Assembly (NCBI GenBank): GCA_018609945.1
Contig: JAHENO010000011.1
Location: forward strand, 1-63,137
DNA from: Haloarculaceae archaeon
GTDB taxonomy: Archaea > Halobacteriota > Halobacteria > Halobacteriales > Haloarculaceae
Direction: 5' to 3'
DNA: 63,137 nucleotides
Shown piece by piece: positions 27,642-36,271 of this stretch (position 1 is its first letter; every line of letters starts with the position of its first letter). The position numbers were made by a program, and so were the translations under genes. The notes beneath the pieces are model-generated. The model did no database searches. It was not told where the DNA came from and saw only the letters and a program-made list of their open reading frames with translations.

Positions 27642-30020
27642 ATGGACATGAGCACGGACACGGACAGCGACGAGTCCGACGGCGAGCGGGCGGGCGCGAT
27701 TGGCGAAGACGTCGACCGCGTCGAGGACGGGCGCCTGCTGACCGGCGAGGCAACCTACACCGACGACCTGGCCGTGCCGGGTGCCGGGCACGCGGCGCTC
27801 TTGCGGAGCCGACACGCCAGCGCGCACGTCGCGGTCGACACCGCCGACGCCGAGGCGATGGACGAGGTGCGGGCCGTCGTCACCGCCGAGACGATGGCCG
27901 ACAGCGACCTCCCGACGCCCGGCCGGATGCCGATCATCCCCGGCCCCGGCATCGAAACCGACGAACACCTCTACCGGCCCGTCATTGCCGAGGACGTCGT
28001 CCGCCACCAGGGCGAACCCATCGCCGTCGTCGTCGCCGAGGATCGCTACGCCGCCCGCGACGCGGTCGCCGCCATCGCCGTCGACTACGACCGCCGCGAG
28101 ACCGTCGTCGAGCCCGCGGATGCGCTGGCCGACGACGCGCCGCCCGTCCACGAGGGGACGCCCGACAACGTCGCCTTCGAGTACGAACAGGGCGACCGCG
28201 AGCGGATCGAGGAGATCTTCGACGCGGCCGCCCACACCGTCTCGGTCGAGATCGGCAACCAGCGGATCGTCCAGAACCCCATCGAGCCCCGCGGAGCAGT
28301 CGCGGACTTCGACCCCGGCACCGGCACGCTGACCGTCAAGAGCACCACCCAGATTCCACACAAACTCCGGCGGGACATTGCGGCGACGCTGGACTATCCG
28401 GCCTCGCAGATCGACGTGATCGCGCCAGAGATGGGCGGTGGCTTCGGGAGCCGGTGTGTGCCCTACCCCGAGGAGATGCTGCTCGCGTGGACGGCCATGT
28501 ACCTCGAGGAGCCGGTGCGCTGGCAGGGCACCCGGACGGGCAACTACGCCAGCGACGTCCAGGGCCGGGGCGTCGAGACCGAGGGTCGGCTCGCCGTCGA
28601 CGAGGCGGGTCACATCCAGGCGCTTGCAATCGACCTCCGCGACGACATGGGCGCGTACCTCTCGGCGTTCGCGCCGGGCATCGCGGTCACCTGCACGAAC
28701 GTGATGACTGGCCAGTACGACATCCCCGAGGCCTACTACTCCGCGACGGGCGTGATGACGAACACCACCCCCTGCGACGCCTACCGCGGGGTGCTGGAGA
28801 CCGAACTGATCCACACCCTGGAACGGCTGGTCGACCGCGCGGCCCGCGAGGCGGACATCGACCCCGCCGAGTTGCGCCGGCGAAACTTCGTTCCCGCGGA
28901 CGCCTTCCCCTACGAGACGGCGACCGGCGCCTCCTACGATAGCGGCGACTACGGGCCAGCCCTCGAGAAGGCGCTGGACCTGCTGGAGTACGAGCAACTG
29001 CGCGAGCGCCAGGCCGCACTCCGTGAGGAGGGACACTATCTGGGTATCGGAATCGGGGCCTGGATCGAGAAGTGTGGCTTCGGCTGTGGCGGGGCGGTCC
29101 CATCCTGGGAGTACAGCAACGTCCAGTTGCATCCCTCCGGCGAGGTGGTCGTCGAGACGGGCACCTCGAACCACGGCCAGGGCCACGAGACGACCTACGC
29201 GCAGGTGGCCGCCGACAGGCTGGGCGTGCCTATGGAGGACATCCGCGTCGTCGAGGACGACACGACCCGCGTCCAGGAGGGCGTGGGCACGTTCGCCAGC
29301 CGGTGTGCCCTGACTGCCGGCGGCTCGATCAACGAAAGCGCCGGGAAGGTCGTCGAGAAGGGCCGCGAGCTGGCCGCACACCGTCTCGAAGCCGACCCCG
29401 ACGACATCGAGTTCGAGGACGGCGAGTTCCACGTCGCCGGCGCGCCCGAGCGGTCGCTGTCGATCCAGGAGGTCGCGGCCGACGCCCACGTCGGGTACGA
29501 CCTCCCCGCAGGGATGGAACCCGGTCTGGAGGCGACCTCCTACTTCGATCCCGACGACTACTCCTTTCCGTTCGGCGTCCAGATCGCCGTCGTCGAGGTC
29601 GACCCCGACACCGGCGAAGTCGAGTTCGAGCGGTTCGTCTCCGTCGACGACTGCGGCGTCCAGATAAACCCCACCATCGTCGAGGGCCAGATCCACGGCG
29701 GCACCGCCCAGGGGATCGGCCAGGCGCTCTACGAGGGGGCCCAGTACGACGGGACGGGGACGCTCGTGACCGGTTCCCACCAGGACTACACGCTCCCGAA
29801 AGCGATGCACGTCCCCGACATGGAGACCGCGGAGACGGTCACGCCCTCGCCCCGGAACCCCCTGGGCGTGAAAGGCGTCGGCGAATCCGGTGCCGTCGGC
29901 GGGCTGGCGGCGACGGTCAACGCCGTCCACGACGCGCTCGCACCCTTCGACGTGGACCCGATGACGCCGCCACTCGACGAGGAGACGGTCTGGGCTGCGG
30001 TGAGGGACGCCCGCGAATAG
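27642..30020 (+). CDS. Xanthine-dehydrogenase-family molybdopterin-binding large subunit (CoxL/CutL-like), no adjacent small or medium subunit
   Basis: 792 aa. VEDGRLLTGEATYTDD, IGNQRIVQNPIEPRG, APEMGGGFGS and GVKGVGESG. Confidence 0.9.
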   Translation: MDMSTDTDSDESDGERAGAIGEDVDRVEDGRLLTGEATYTDDLAVPGAGHAALLRSRHASAHVAVDTADAEAMDEVRAVVTAETMADSDLPTPGRMPIIPGPGIETDEHLYRPVIAEDVVRHQGEPIAVVVAEDRYAARDAVAAIAVDYDRRETVVEPADALADDAPPVHEGTPDNVAFEYEQGDRERIEEIFDAAAHTVSVEIGNQRIVQNPIEPRGAVADFDPGTGTLTVKSTTQIPHKLRRDIAATLDYPASQIDVIAPEMGGGFGSRCVPYPEEMLLAWTAMYLEEPVRWQGTRTGNYASDVQGRGVETEGRLAVDEAGHIQALAIDLRDDMGAYLSAFAPGIAVTCTNVMTGQYDIPEAYYSATGVMTNTTPCDAYRGVLETELIHTLERLVDRAAREADIDPAELRRRNFVPADAFPYETATGASYDSGDYGPALEKALDLLEYEQLRERQAALREEGHYLGIGIGAWIEKCGFGCGGAVPSWEYSNVQLHPSGEVVVETGTSNHGQGHETTYAQVAADRLGVPMEDIRVVEDDTTRVQEGVGTFASRCALTAGGSINESAGKVVEKGRELAAHRLEADPDDIEFEDGEFHVAGAPERSLSIQEVAADAHVGYDLPAGMEPGLEATSYFDPDDYSFPFGVQIAVVEVDPDTGEVEFERFVSVDDCGVQINPTIVEGQIHGGTAQGIGQALYEGAQYDGTGTLVTGSHQDYTLPKAMHVPDMETAETVTPSPRNPLGVKGVGESGAVGGLAATVNAVHDALAPFDVDPMTPPLDEETVWAAVRDARE

Positions 30021-30091
30021 CTCGCTGGCGGCCGTCGGCGCGATCCGCACGCATGGATAGCCCTTTTACCGGTGGCGGCCCCGGGAGTGGT

Positions 30092-31090
30092 ATGGAGATT
30101 GCCGTGTCAGACACCGTCGGGCCAGCAACAGAAATCCGCAGCCAGGCCGAACTGGCCGCCGACTCGGGCTACGAGACCTTCTGGACGCAGGAACTCATCG
30201 ACATCAAGGACGGCATCACGACCGCGACGGCGCTCGGGGCGTGGGGAATCGACCTCAACATCGTCGTCGGATTGCCCAGTCCGTACACGCGCCACCCGGC
30301 GATGATCGCGACGGAGGCGTGTTCGGTCGACGACTACGCCGACGGCCGCGTCGCGGGGCTGGCGGTCGCGACCAGCGCACCCGAGGTAGTTCAGAAACTC
30401 GGTATCGACATGGACCGCCCGATCAAGCGCCTCAGCGAGACCCACGACATCCTCCGCGATATCGTCGAGACCGGCGAGTGCACCTACGACGGCGAAATCT
30501 ACACGCTGGAAAACTGGAAGCTCCGCAACGAGTTCCAGGGCGACGTGCCGCTGTACGTCGCCGGGATGGGCCCGAAGATGCAGGAACTCGCGGCCGTGAA
30601 ATTCGACGGGCTCTGGCTCCCGTTCAACGCCACTGTTCCGTTCGTCGCGGACGTCGTCGAGACGGGCCACGACCACCTGGCCAATTTCGACCGCGACCCC
30701 GCGGAGTTCCTCTACGCGCTGAACATCCCGACTGCCGTGGTCGACGAGGATTCCGATCTGAGCGCCGCCGAGCAGATCGAGGACGTCCGGGAGTTCACGG
30801 CCTGGCACTGCTGTTCAGACCACATCAAGCCGCTGGTCGAGCGCGCGGGCGTCGATTACGACATCGACGCGCTCCGGGCGGCCGTCAGGAACGGGGATTC
30901 GGCCACGATCCGGGAGATAGTCGACCGGGAGTTCCTGGACGTCGTGGCTGCTGTGGGTTCGGCCGAACACGTCCGGGACCGTTACCGGGAGTACATCGAC
31001 GCTGGGATCGAGTGCCCCGTCATCTACAACTACGGCCCCGAGGAGGTCAAACTGCGGAACATCCGCGAACTCGCTCCTAGTAAATTCTGA
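30092..31090 (+). CDS. LLM-class (luciferase-like) flavin/F420-dependent oxidoreductase
   Basis: Real part of the 672-aa track ORF: MEIAVSDTVGP...AADSGYETFWTQE...LYVAGMGPKMQELAA. The alternative start is ATG 30053. Confidence 0.8.
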   Translation: MEIAVSDTVGPATEIRSQAELAADSGYETFWTQELIDIKDGITTATALGAWGIDLNIVVGLPSPYTRHPAMIATEACSVDDYADGRVAGLAVATSAPEVVQKLGIDMDRPIKRLSETHDILRDIVETGECTYDGEIYTLENWKLRNEFQGDVPLYVAGMGPKMQELAAVKFDGLWLPFNATVPFVADVVETGHDHLANFDRDPAEFLYALNIPTAVVDEDSDLSAAEQIEDVREFTAWHCCSDHIKPLVERAGVDYDIDALRAAVRNGDSATIREIVDREFLDVVAAVGSAEHVRDRYREYIDAGIECPVIYNYGPEEVKLRNIRELAPSKF

Positions 31091-31527
31091 ATCTGGTTCT
31101 GCTGTTTGTGTGTCGGTTGTGGCTGGTGCAAGGAGTCGGGAAGCTTTCAGCCGCTCTCTCGATATTACTGATCAAGGTGCTGCGTCGACTGCGTCCGGGC
31201 AGAAAGTCCCCGGCCGCTCTTTAGGAATTGATGATGGAGACGAGGCAGCGACTGCGACCAGCAAGAAAGCCCCCGACGGCTCGACTCCCGCGACTCGCTG
31301 CGGTCCTCGCTCCGCTGCGGTCCTTACTTCGTCGGGGCTCGTCGAACCGTCGGCCCCTTTCAGTCCCGCCCGACCGCAGCCACACACCTCCCCAGCCGAT
31401 TCGCTCGCTCCGCTCGCTCATCCCTCGCGCGTTGCTGTCCCTCCACGGGAGTCGGGACAGCGCGCGCCACCGCACGGCCGGGTCTGACCAATCCTGACAG
31501 CCCCGTCCCCGACGACAACAGTGATCG
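31091..31527. other. 437-bp GC-rich non-coding spacer between convergent genes, with short internal repeats and hairpins
   Basis: No protein-like ORF. 12-nt direct repeat at 31296-31307 and 31313-31324. Tandem 9-mer cgctcgctc x2 at 31402-31419. Hairpins at 31334-31357 (followed by TTT) and 31435-31460. Confidence 0.6.
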
Positions 31528-33225
31528 CTAGTCGAACAGGTGTTCCACGTCCCCGCGGTCGATCTTGCCGACCTGCGTCTCCGGTAGTTCGTCCAGCACC
31601 ACCAGCTGCTCGGGCCGCCGGTAGACGGCGTGACCCTGGTCCTCGAAAAAGTTCTGCACCTCCTCGACGGAGAGTCCATCCACACCCTCGACCAGTTCCA
31701 CCGCAGCGCCGACGCGCTCGCCCAGTTCCGGGTCGGGAATGCCCACGACGGCGGCTTTCGCCACGTCGGGGTGTTCGACGAGTGCGTCTTCGACGGCGGG
31801 CGCGTAGATGGTCTCGCCGGCGCGGTTGATGGTGTCGTCCAGCCGACCGTAGACCTCGTAGTTGCCGTCCGCGCGTTCGGCGACGACGTCGCCGGTGTGG
31901 AACCACCCACCGTCCTCGAAGTCCGCGGCGTTGGCCTCGGGGTTGCGCAGGTAGCCCGTGAACACGCCCGGGCCCCGGACCACGAGTTCGCCCGGCTCGC
32001 CGCGCTCGACGGGCCGGCCCGCCTCGTCGAGGACCCGCACCTCGTCGCCGGGGCCGACCGGCCGGCCGATCGTCTCTGCCTGAATGTCGAGCGGATCGTC
32101 CGGCCGGGTGATGATCTGTGCGCCCTCGCCCATTCCGAAGACGTGACAGAAGCCGACGTCCCAGCGCTCGATCACCCGGCGCGTGACCTCGGGCGGGACC
32201 TTCTGGCCGCCCGAACAGACCACCTGCAACGACGCGAGAACGTCGTCGGCGTCGGCCTCCAGGAAGTCGATCAACTGTTTTGGGATGAGTGTCGTCAGGT
32301 CGCCGTCGGCCCGGTCGATGGCCTCGACGACGGGGCCGGGTTTCAGCCGGGGCTCGACGACCACCTCCGCGCCGGTCCAGAGGGCGGGCCCGAGGACGTA
32401 CCCGAACGCGAAGCTGTGGGGCACCGGGAGGCCGGCCACCAGCGACCAGTCCGATTCGACGCCCATCGCCGCCGCGATGTGTTCCCAGAGGTAGATGTAG
32501 TCGTTGTGTGTCCGCGGGATGGCCTTCGGCAGGCCGCTGGTCCCCCCCGAGAGCATCAACAGCCCGGGGTTGCAGGGGTTGACCGTCAGGTCCGCGAGCG
32601 CGTCCTCGGGGCCTGTCCCAGGTGCAGTCCCGGCCGCAGTCTCAGCTACCGCGCTCGCACCCTCTGTAGCCAGGGATTCGACGTCGTGCCACCCCTCGGA
32701 CGGTTCGGCGCCGTCGGGTGTGACGCCGACGAGCGCGTCGACGCTGTCGGCGTCGCCGGCGACCTCGTCGACGAGCCCGGCGTAGTCGAACCCGGGATCG
32801 TACCGGCCGGCGTCGGTTACCACCAGCCGCGACCCGGTCAGGTCGACGAGGTGCCGGATCTCCCGCTCGCGGTGGCGGGGCAGGGCCAGCGCCGGCGCGA
32901 GGCCGGCCCGCGAGCACGCGAGGAAGACCTCGACGAACTCGACGCAGTTGGGCAGGTACAGCGTCACGAGGTCGTCGGGACCCAGCCCCACGGCGCGGAA
33001 CGCGGCCGCAATCGCCCGGGAGCGGTCGGCCAGTTCGGCGTAGGTCAGCGTCCGGTCGGGACCGGTCACTGCCGGGCTGTCCGGGGTCTCGGCCGCGTGG
33101 CGGTCGACCACGTCGTGGAAGGTGTCGCCGTGCCAGTAGCCCGCGTCCAGGTACTCGTGGACCCGCTCGTCTGGGAACGGCCGGTAGCCGTCTATCTCCG
33201 CCGTCGACGTCTCGAACCGGGCCAT
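31528..33225 (-). CDS. AMP-dependent adenylating enzyme, aryl-acid (DhbE/EntE-like) ligase family
   Basis: Trimmed to MARFETSTAEIDGYRPF. Contains LSGGTSGLPKAIPRTHNDY, GWFHTGD and GKIDR. Confidence 0.9.
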   Translation of the reverse strand: MARFETSTAEIDGYRPFPDERVHEYLDAGYWHGDTFHDVVDRHAAETPDSPAVTGPDRTLTYAELADRSRAIAAAFRAVGLGPDDLVTLYLPNCVEFVEVFLACSRAGLAPALALPRHREREIRHLVDLTGSRLVVTDAGRYDPGFDYAGLVDEVAGDADSVDALVGVTPDGAEPSEGWHDVESLATEGASAVAETAAGTAPGTGPEDALADLTVNPCNPGLLMLSGGTSGLPKAIPRTHNDYIYLWEHIAAAMGVESDWSLVAGLPVPHSFAFGYVLGPALWTGAEVVVEPRLKPGPVVEAIDRADGDLTTLIPKQLIDFLEADADDVLASLQVVCSGGQKVPPEVTRRVIERWDVGFCHVFGMGEGAQIITRPDDPLDIQAETIGRPVGPGDEVRVLDEAGRPVERGEPGELVVRGPGVFTGYLRNPEANAADFEDGGWFHTGDVVAERADGNYEVYGRLDDTINRAGETIYAPAVEDALVEHPDVAKAAVVGIPDPELGERVGAAVELVEGVDGLSVEEVQNFFEDQGHAVYRRPEQLVVLDELPETQVGKIDRGDVEHLFD

Positions 33226-33304
33226 GGCCCACGTTCGGCAGGCGACGACCAAATAAGTGGTCCCACCCCGGAGTATTATGCCCGGCCGTCCCCAGGGCGT
33301 CGGT

Positions 33305-34363
33305 ATGGCAGGCACCGACGAGACCATGCAGGCCGTGGGATTTCACGAGCACGGTCCGATCGAGAACTTCGAACTGCTCGACGTGCCCGTCCCCGAGGTC
33401 GACGCCGGGGAGGTGCTGGTCGAGGTCCGGGCGGCGTCGCTGAACCACCAGGATCTCTTCGCGATCAGGGAACTCGACCACTACGTCCCCGAGTACCCCT
33501 TCTGGGGCGGGGGTGACTTCGCCGGCGTGATCGATGCGGTCGGCGAGAGCGTCGAGGGCTGGTCGGTCGGCGACCGTGTCGCCATCGACCCCACCATCAC
33601 CTGCGGCGAGTGCCGGTTCTGCGAGGCCGGCGAGCAGTCCATGTGCGATGAGTACGCCGTCTTCGGCGAGCACCGCAAGGGCGGGTTCGCGGAGTACGCC
33701 GCCGTCCCCGCGGGGAGTCTGGTGGCGGTGCCCGACGGCGTCGCCTTCGAGACGGCGGCGGCCGCGCCGATGGTCACTGGCACCGCCTTCCGGGCGCTAC
33801 TCACCCGCGCCGACCTGGAACCCTACGAGGACCTCCTCGTCGTCGGCGCGACGGGTGGCGTCGGCCACATGGCCGTCCAGCTCGCCACCGAGGTGATCGG
33901 CGTCGACACTCTCTATGGCACCACGAGCACCGAGGAGAAGGCCGACTTTTTGCGCGAGCTGGGCGTCGATCACGTCATCGACTACACCGAGGAGGATTTC
34001 GCCAGCCGGGTGTGGGACCTGACCGGCGGCGACGGCGTCGACGCCGTCTACAACACCGTCGGCGGCGAGACCTGGGTACCGTCGATGCGCACCTTGCGGC
34101 CGGGCGGCCGGCTGGTCACCTCCGGGGCGACCGCCGGCCCCAACCCGGAGACGGAGATCAGGCTGGTGTTCGTCAGGCAACTCGACGTCATGGGGAGTAC
34201 GGCCCACAGCAGCACCGACCTCCGGCACGCGCTGGGATACGTCTGGGACGGCACCGTCGAGCCCGTGATCCAGGAGACGTTCTCCCTCGCGGAGTACGAC
34301 GCGGCCTTCCGGACGATGGCAGACCGGGAGGCGTACGGAAAGCTCGTGTTCACGCTCGACTGA
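33305..34363 (+). CDS. Zn-dependent MDR alcohol dehydrogenase / quinone oxidoreductase family
   Basis: GGDFAGVIDAVGESV, CGECRFCEAGEQSMC and VVGATGGVGHMAVQLA. Confidence 0.9.
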   Translation: MAGTDETMQAVGFHEHGPIENFELLDVPVPEVDAGEVLVEVRAASLNHQDLFAIRELDHYVPEYPFWGGGDFAGVIDAVGESVEGWSVGDRVAIDPTITCGECRFCEAGEQSMCDEYAVFGEHRKGGFAEYAAVPAGSLVAVPDGVAFETAAAAPMVTGTAFRALLTRADLEPYEDLLVVGATGGVGHMAVQLATEVIGVDTLYGTTSTEEKADFLRELGVDHVIDYTEEDFASRVWDLTGGDGVDAVYNTVGGETWVPSMRTLRPGGRLVTSGATAGPNPETEIRLVFVRQLDVMGSTAHSSTDLRHALGYVWDGTVEPVIQETFSLAEYDAAFRTMADREAYGKLVFTLD

Positions 34364-34439
34364 CTGGGGCACAGCGGGCGGGAGCGTGTCCATCTCTCTG
34401 TCCTGACCGGCCCGTGGCTGGCCGCCGCAGGCCGGGGAC

Positions 34440-36119
34440 TTACTCTCCGGGCTCCAGCCAGTCGACGGGAACGTCTTCGATGTCGGGCAGGGGTGCCGTG
34501 GGCACGTCGACCAGCGCGGGCCCGTCGGTTTCGACTGCCGTCGCCAGCGCCGTCTCGTACTCGTCGGCCGCCGAGACGCGAAAGCCGGCCACGCCCAGTT
34601 GCTCGGCGACCGCGGCGTAGTCGGCGCTGCCGAACTCGACGCCGAAGGCGAAGTCGGCGAAGTTCCGCTGGCCCGCCTCGATCCAGGAAAAGGAGCCGTT
34701 GTTGACGACGACGAGCGTCACCGGCAGCTCCAGGCGCGCGAGCGTCTCGAGTTCGCCCAGGCAGGTCCCCAGGCTGCCGTCGCCGGTGAATCCGACGACC
34801 TGCGCGTCGGGACGGGCGTAGTGAGCGCCGACGATGCCAGGCAGCGCGTACCCGAGTGCGCCGTGTGCCCGCGGGGTAACCCAGTGACGTCCGGGTTCGG
34901 TGAACTCGTACAGCGCCGCGAAGTACGGGCACGAGGTGCCGGGGTCCGAGACGATGACGGCGCCGTCCTCGAGCACGTCCTGGGCGCCCGCGACCAGGCG
35001 TTCCGGCCGGAGCGGGAAGTCGTCGGCACCGAACCGGGCCGCGTATGGCTCGATCCAGGCCTCGTGTCGTGCCCGGAGGGAGGCGGCGTCGACGCACTCC
35101 CGGGGGCCGCCGGCACGGACGCGCTCGGTGAGTGCCGAGAGGGCGACCCGCAGGTCCGCGGGCACGGCCACGTCCGTCTCGTAGTTCTTGCCGACTGACT
35201 CCGCCGCGATGTCGATGTGGACGATGTCGACGGCGCGGTCGGGTGGCCGGGACCACTTCTCGGTCCAGACGCTCTCGACGGCCGTCCCCGCGAGCACCAG
35301 CAGGTCGGCCCCGTCCCGGAGGTCGTTGGCGTACGCGCGGCCGCCGTTCTCGCCCAGCACGCCCGCCCAGTACGGCGAGTCGCCCAGACAGCCCGCGCTC
35401 GTCAGCGTCCCGGCGACGGGCACGCCCGCTGTTTCGGCGAACTCGCGCAGTTGCGACCACGCACGCGAGGTGTGGACGCCCCCGCCCGCGACCACCAGTG
35501 GGGCGGCCGCGCTCCGGAGCAACGCGGCCGCCCGGTCGAGGCGGTCGGGGTCGGGCCTGGGTCGGTCGGCCGGACATCGCCTCGTCCGCTCTGGAGCGTA
35601 CGCCTCGCCGTCGGACTCGCCGGCCAGCGTATCCATCGGGAGCGAGAGGTGGGTCGCGCCCGGCCGGCCGGCGGTCGCCTGGCGGAACGCCTCCCGGACC
35701 AGCCGGGGTACCTGGTCGGGATGGTCGGCCGAGGCGTTCCACTTGGTCACGGTCCCGAACAGCCCGGTCTGGTCGAGTTCCGTCAGCACGCCGCGGCCGC
35801 GGTACCGGACGGGCGTCGTCGTGTTGAGACCGACCACCGGAACGCAGGAGTCGTTCGCCTCCGCGAGGCCGGGCACCAGGTAGGTCGCGCCGCCGCCGCT
35901 CGGCCCCTCGCAGACCCCCGGTCGGCCGGACAGGCGGGCGTACGCGTCGGCCATGAACGACGCACTCCGCTCGTCGCGTGCGAGGACGTGCGTGACCGGC
36001 GTGTCGGCCTCGGCGAGGGTGCGGTAGAGGCCGACGCTGGTGTCGCCACAGACGCCGAAGACGTACTCCACGTCGTGGGCTTCGAGGCTGGCGACTAGCT
36101 GGGTTGCTCCGTCGGGCAT
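34440..36119 (-). CDS. Thiamine-pyrophosphate enzyme, acetolactate-synthase-like (copy 2)
   Basis: Trimmed to MPDGATQLVASLEAHDVEYVFGVCGDT. Contains GFTGDGSLG...VVVNNGSF (TPP motif). Confidence 0.85.
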   Translation of the reverse strand: MPDGATQLVASLEAHDVEYVFGVCGDTSVGLYRTLAEADTPVTHVLARDERSASFMADAYARLSGRPGVCEGPSGGGATYLVPGLAEANDSCVPVVGLNTTTPVRYRGRGVLTELDQTGLFGTVTKWNASADHPDQVPRLVREAFRQATAGRPGATHLSLPMDTLAGESDGEAYAPERTRRCPADRPRPDPDRLDRAAALLRSAAAPLVVAGGGVHTSRAWSQLREFAETAGVPVAGTLTSAGCLGDSPYWAGVLGENGGRAYANDLRDGADLLVLAGTAVESVWTEKWSRPPDRAVDIVHIDIAAESVGKNYETDVAVPADLRVALSALTERVRAGGPRECVDAASLRARHEAWIEPYAARFGADDFPLRPERLVAGAQDVLEDGAVIVSDPGTSCPYFAALYEFTEPGRHWVTPRAHGALGYALPGIVGAHYARPDAQVVGFTGDGSLGTCLGELETLARLELPVTLVVVNNGSFSWIEAGQRNFADFAFGVEFGSADYAAVAEQLGVAGFRVSAADEYETALATAVETDGPALVDVPTAPLPDIEDVPVDWLEPGE

Positions 36120-36271
36120 CGGTTTCGATGTGCGCAACCACCACAATAAGGGTACCGCCGGCCGCTCGGAGTCCGGACGAGGGATGGTCCCGGGATGGAG
36201 ACGGAGACGGATTTCGGTCTCCCCGGCGGGGAAAGCGTTTTGAGCAGCGCACGCGACGGTCCGCATGCGAA

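Noticed and set aside
27642-30020. Calling the CoxL-like protein an aerobic CO dehydrogenase
   Set aside because: The active-site loop reads AYRGVLE rather than the form-I signature as I recall it, and no coxM, coxS or accessory genes are adjacent. I kept the call at family level.
27621-30050. 809-aa ORF antisense to the CoxL-like gene
   Set aside because: Same shadow-ORF phenomenon. The translation is Arg/Gly/Val/Asp-rich with no motifs, and the sense strand carries clear molybdoenzyme motifs.
31193-31216. RNase P RNA-like GAAAGTCC word (gggcagaaagtccccgg) in the 437-bp spacer
   Set aside because: I could not find the partner conserved region (ACAGAA..CGGCTTA-type, P4 3' strand) or other RNase P landmarks on either strand. 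It is probably a chance match.
31110-31487. 125-aa ORF in the long spacer (and the overlapping minus-strand ORFs 31221-31910 and 31418-31906)
   Set aside because: The composition is non-acidic, Pro/Ser/Ala/Arg-rich and unlike haloarchaeal proteins, with no motif. I treat the region as non-coding.
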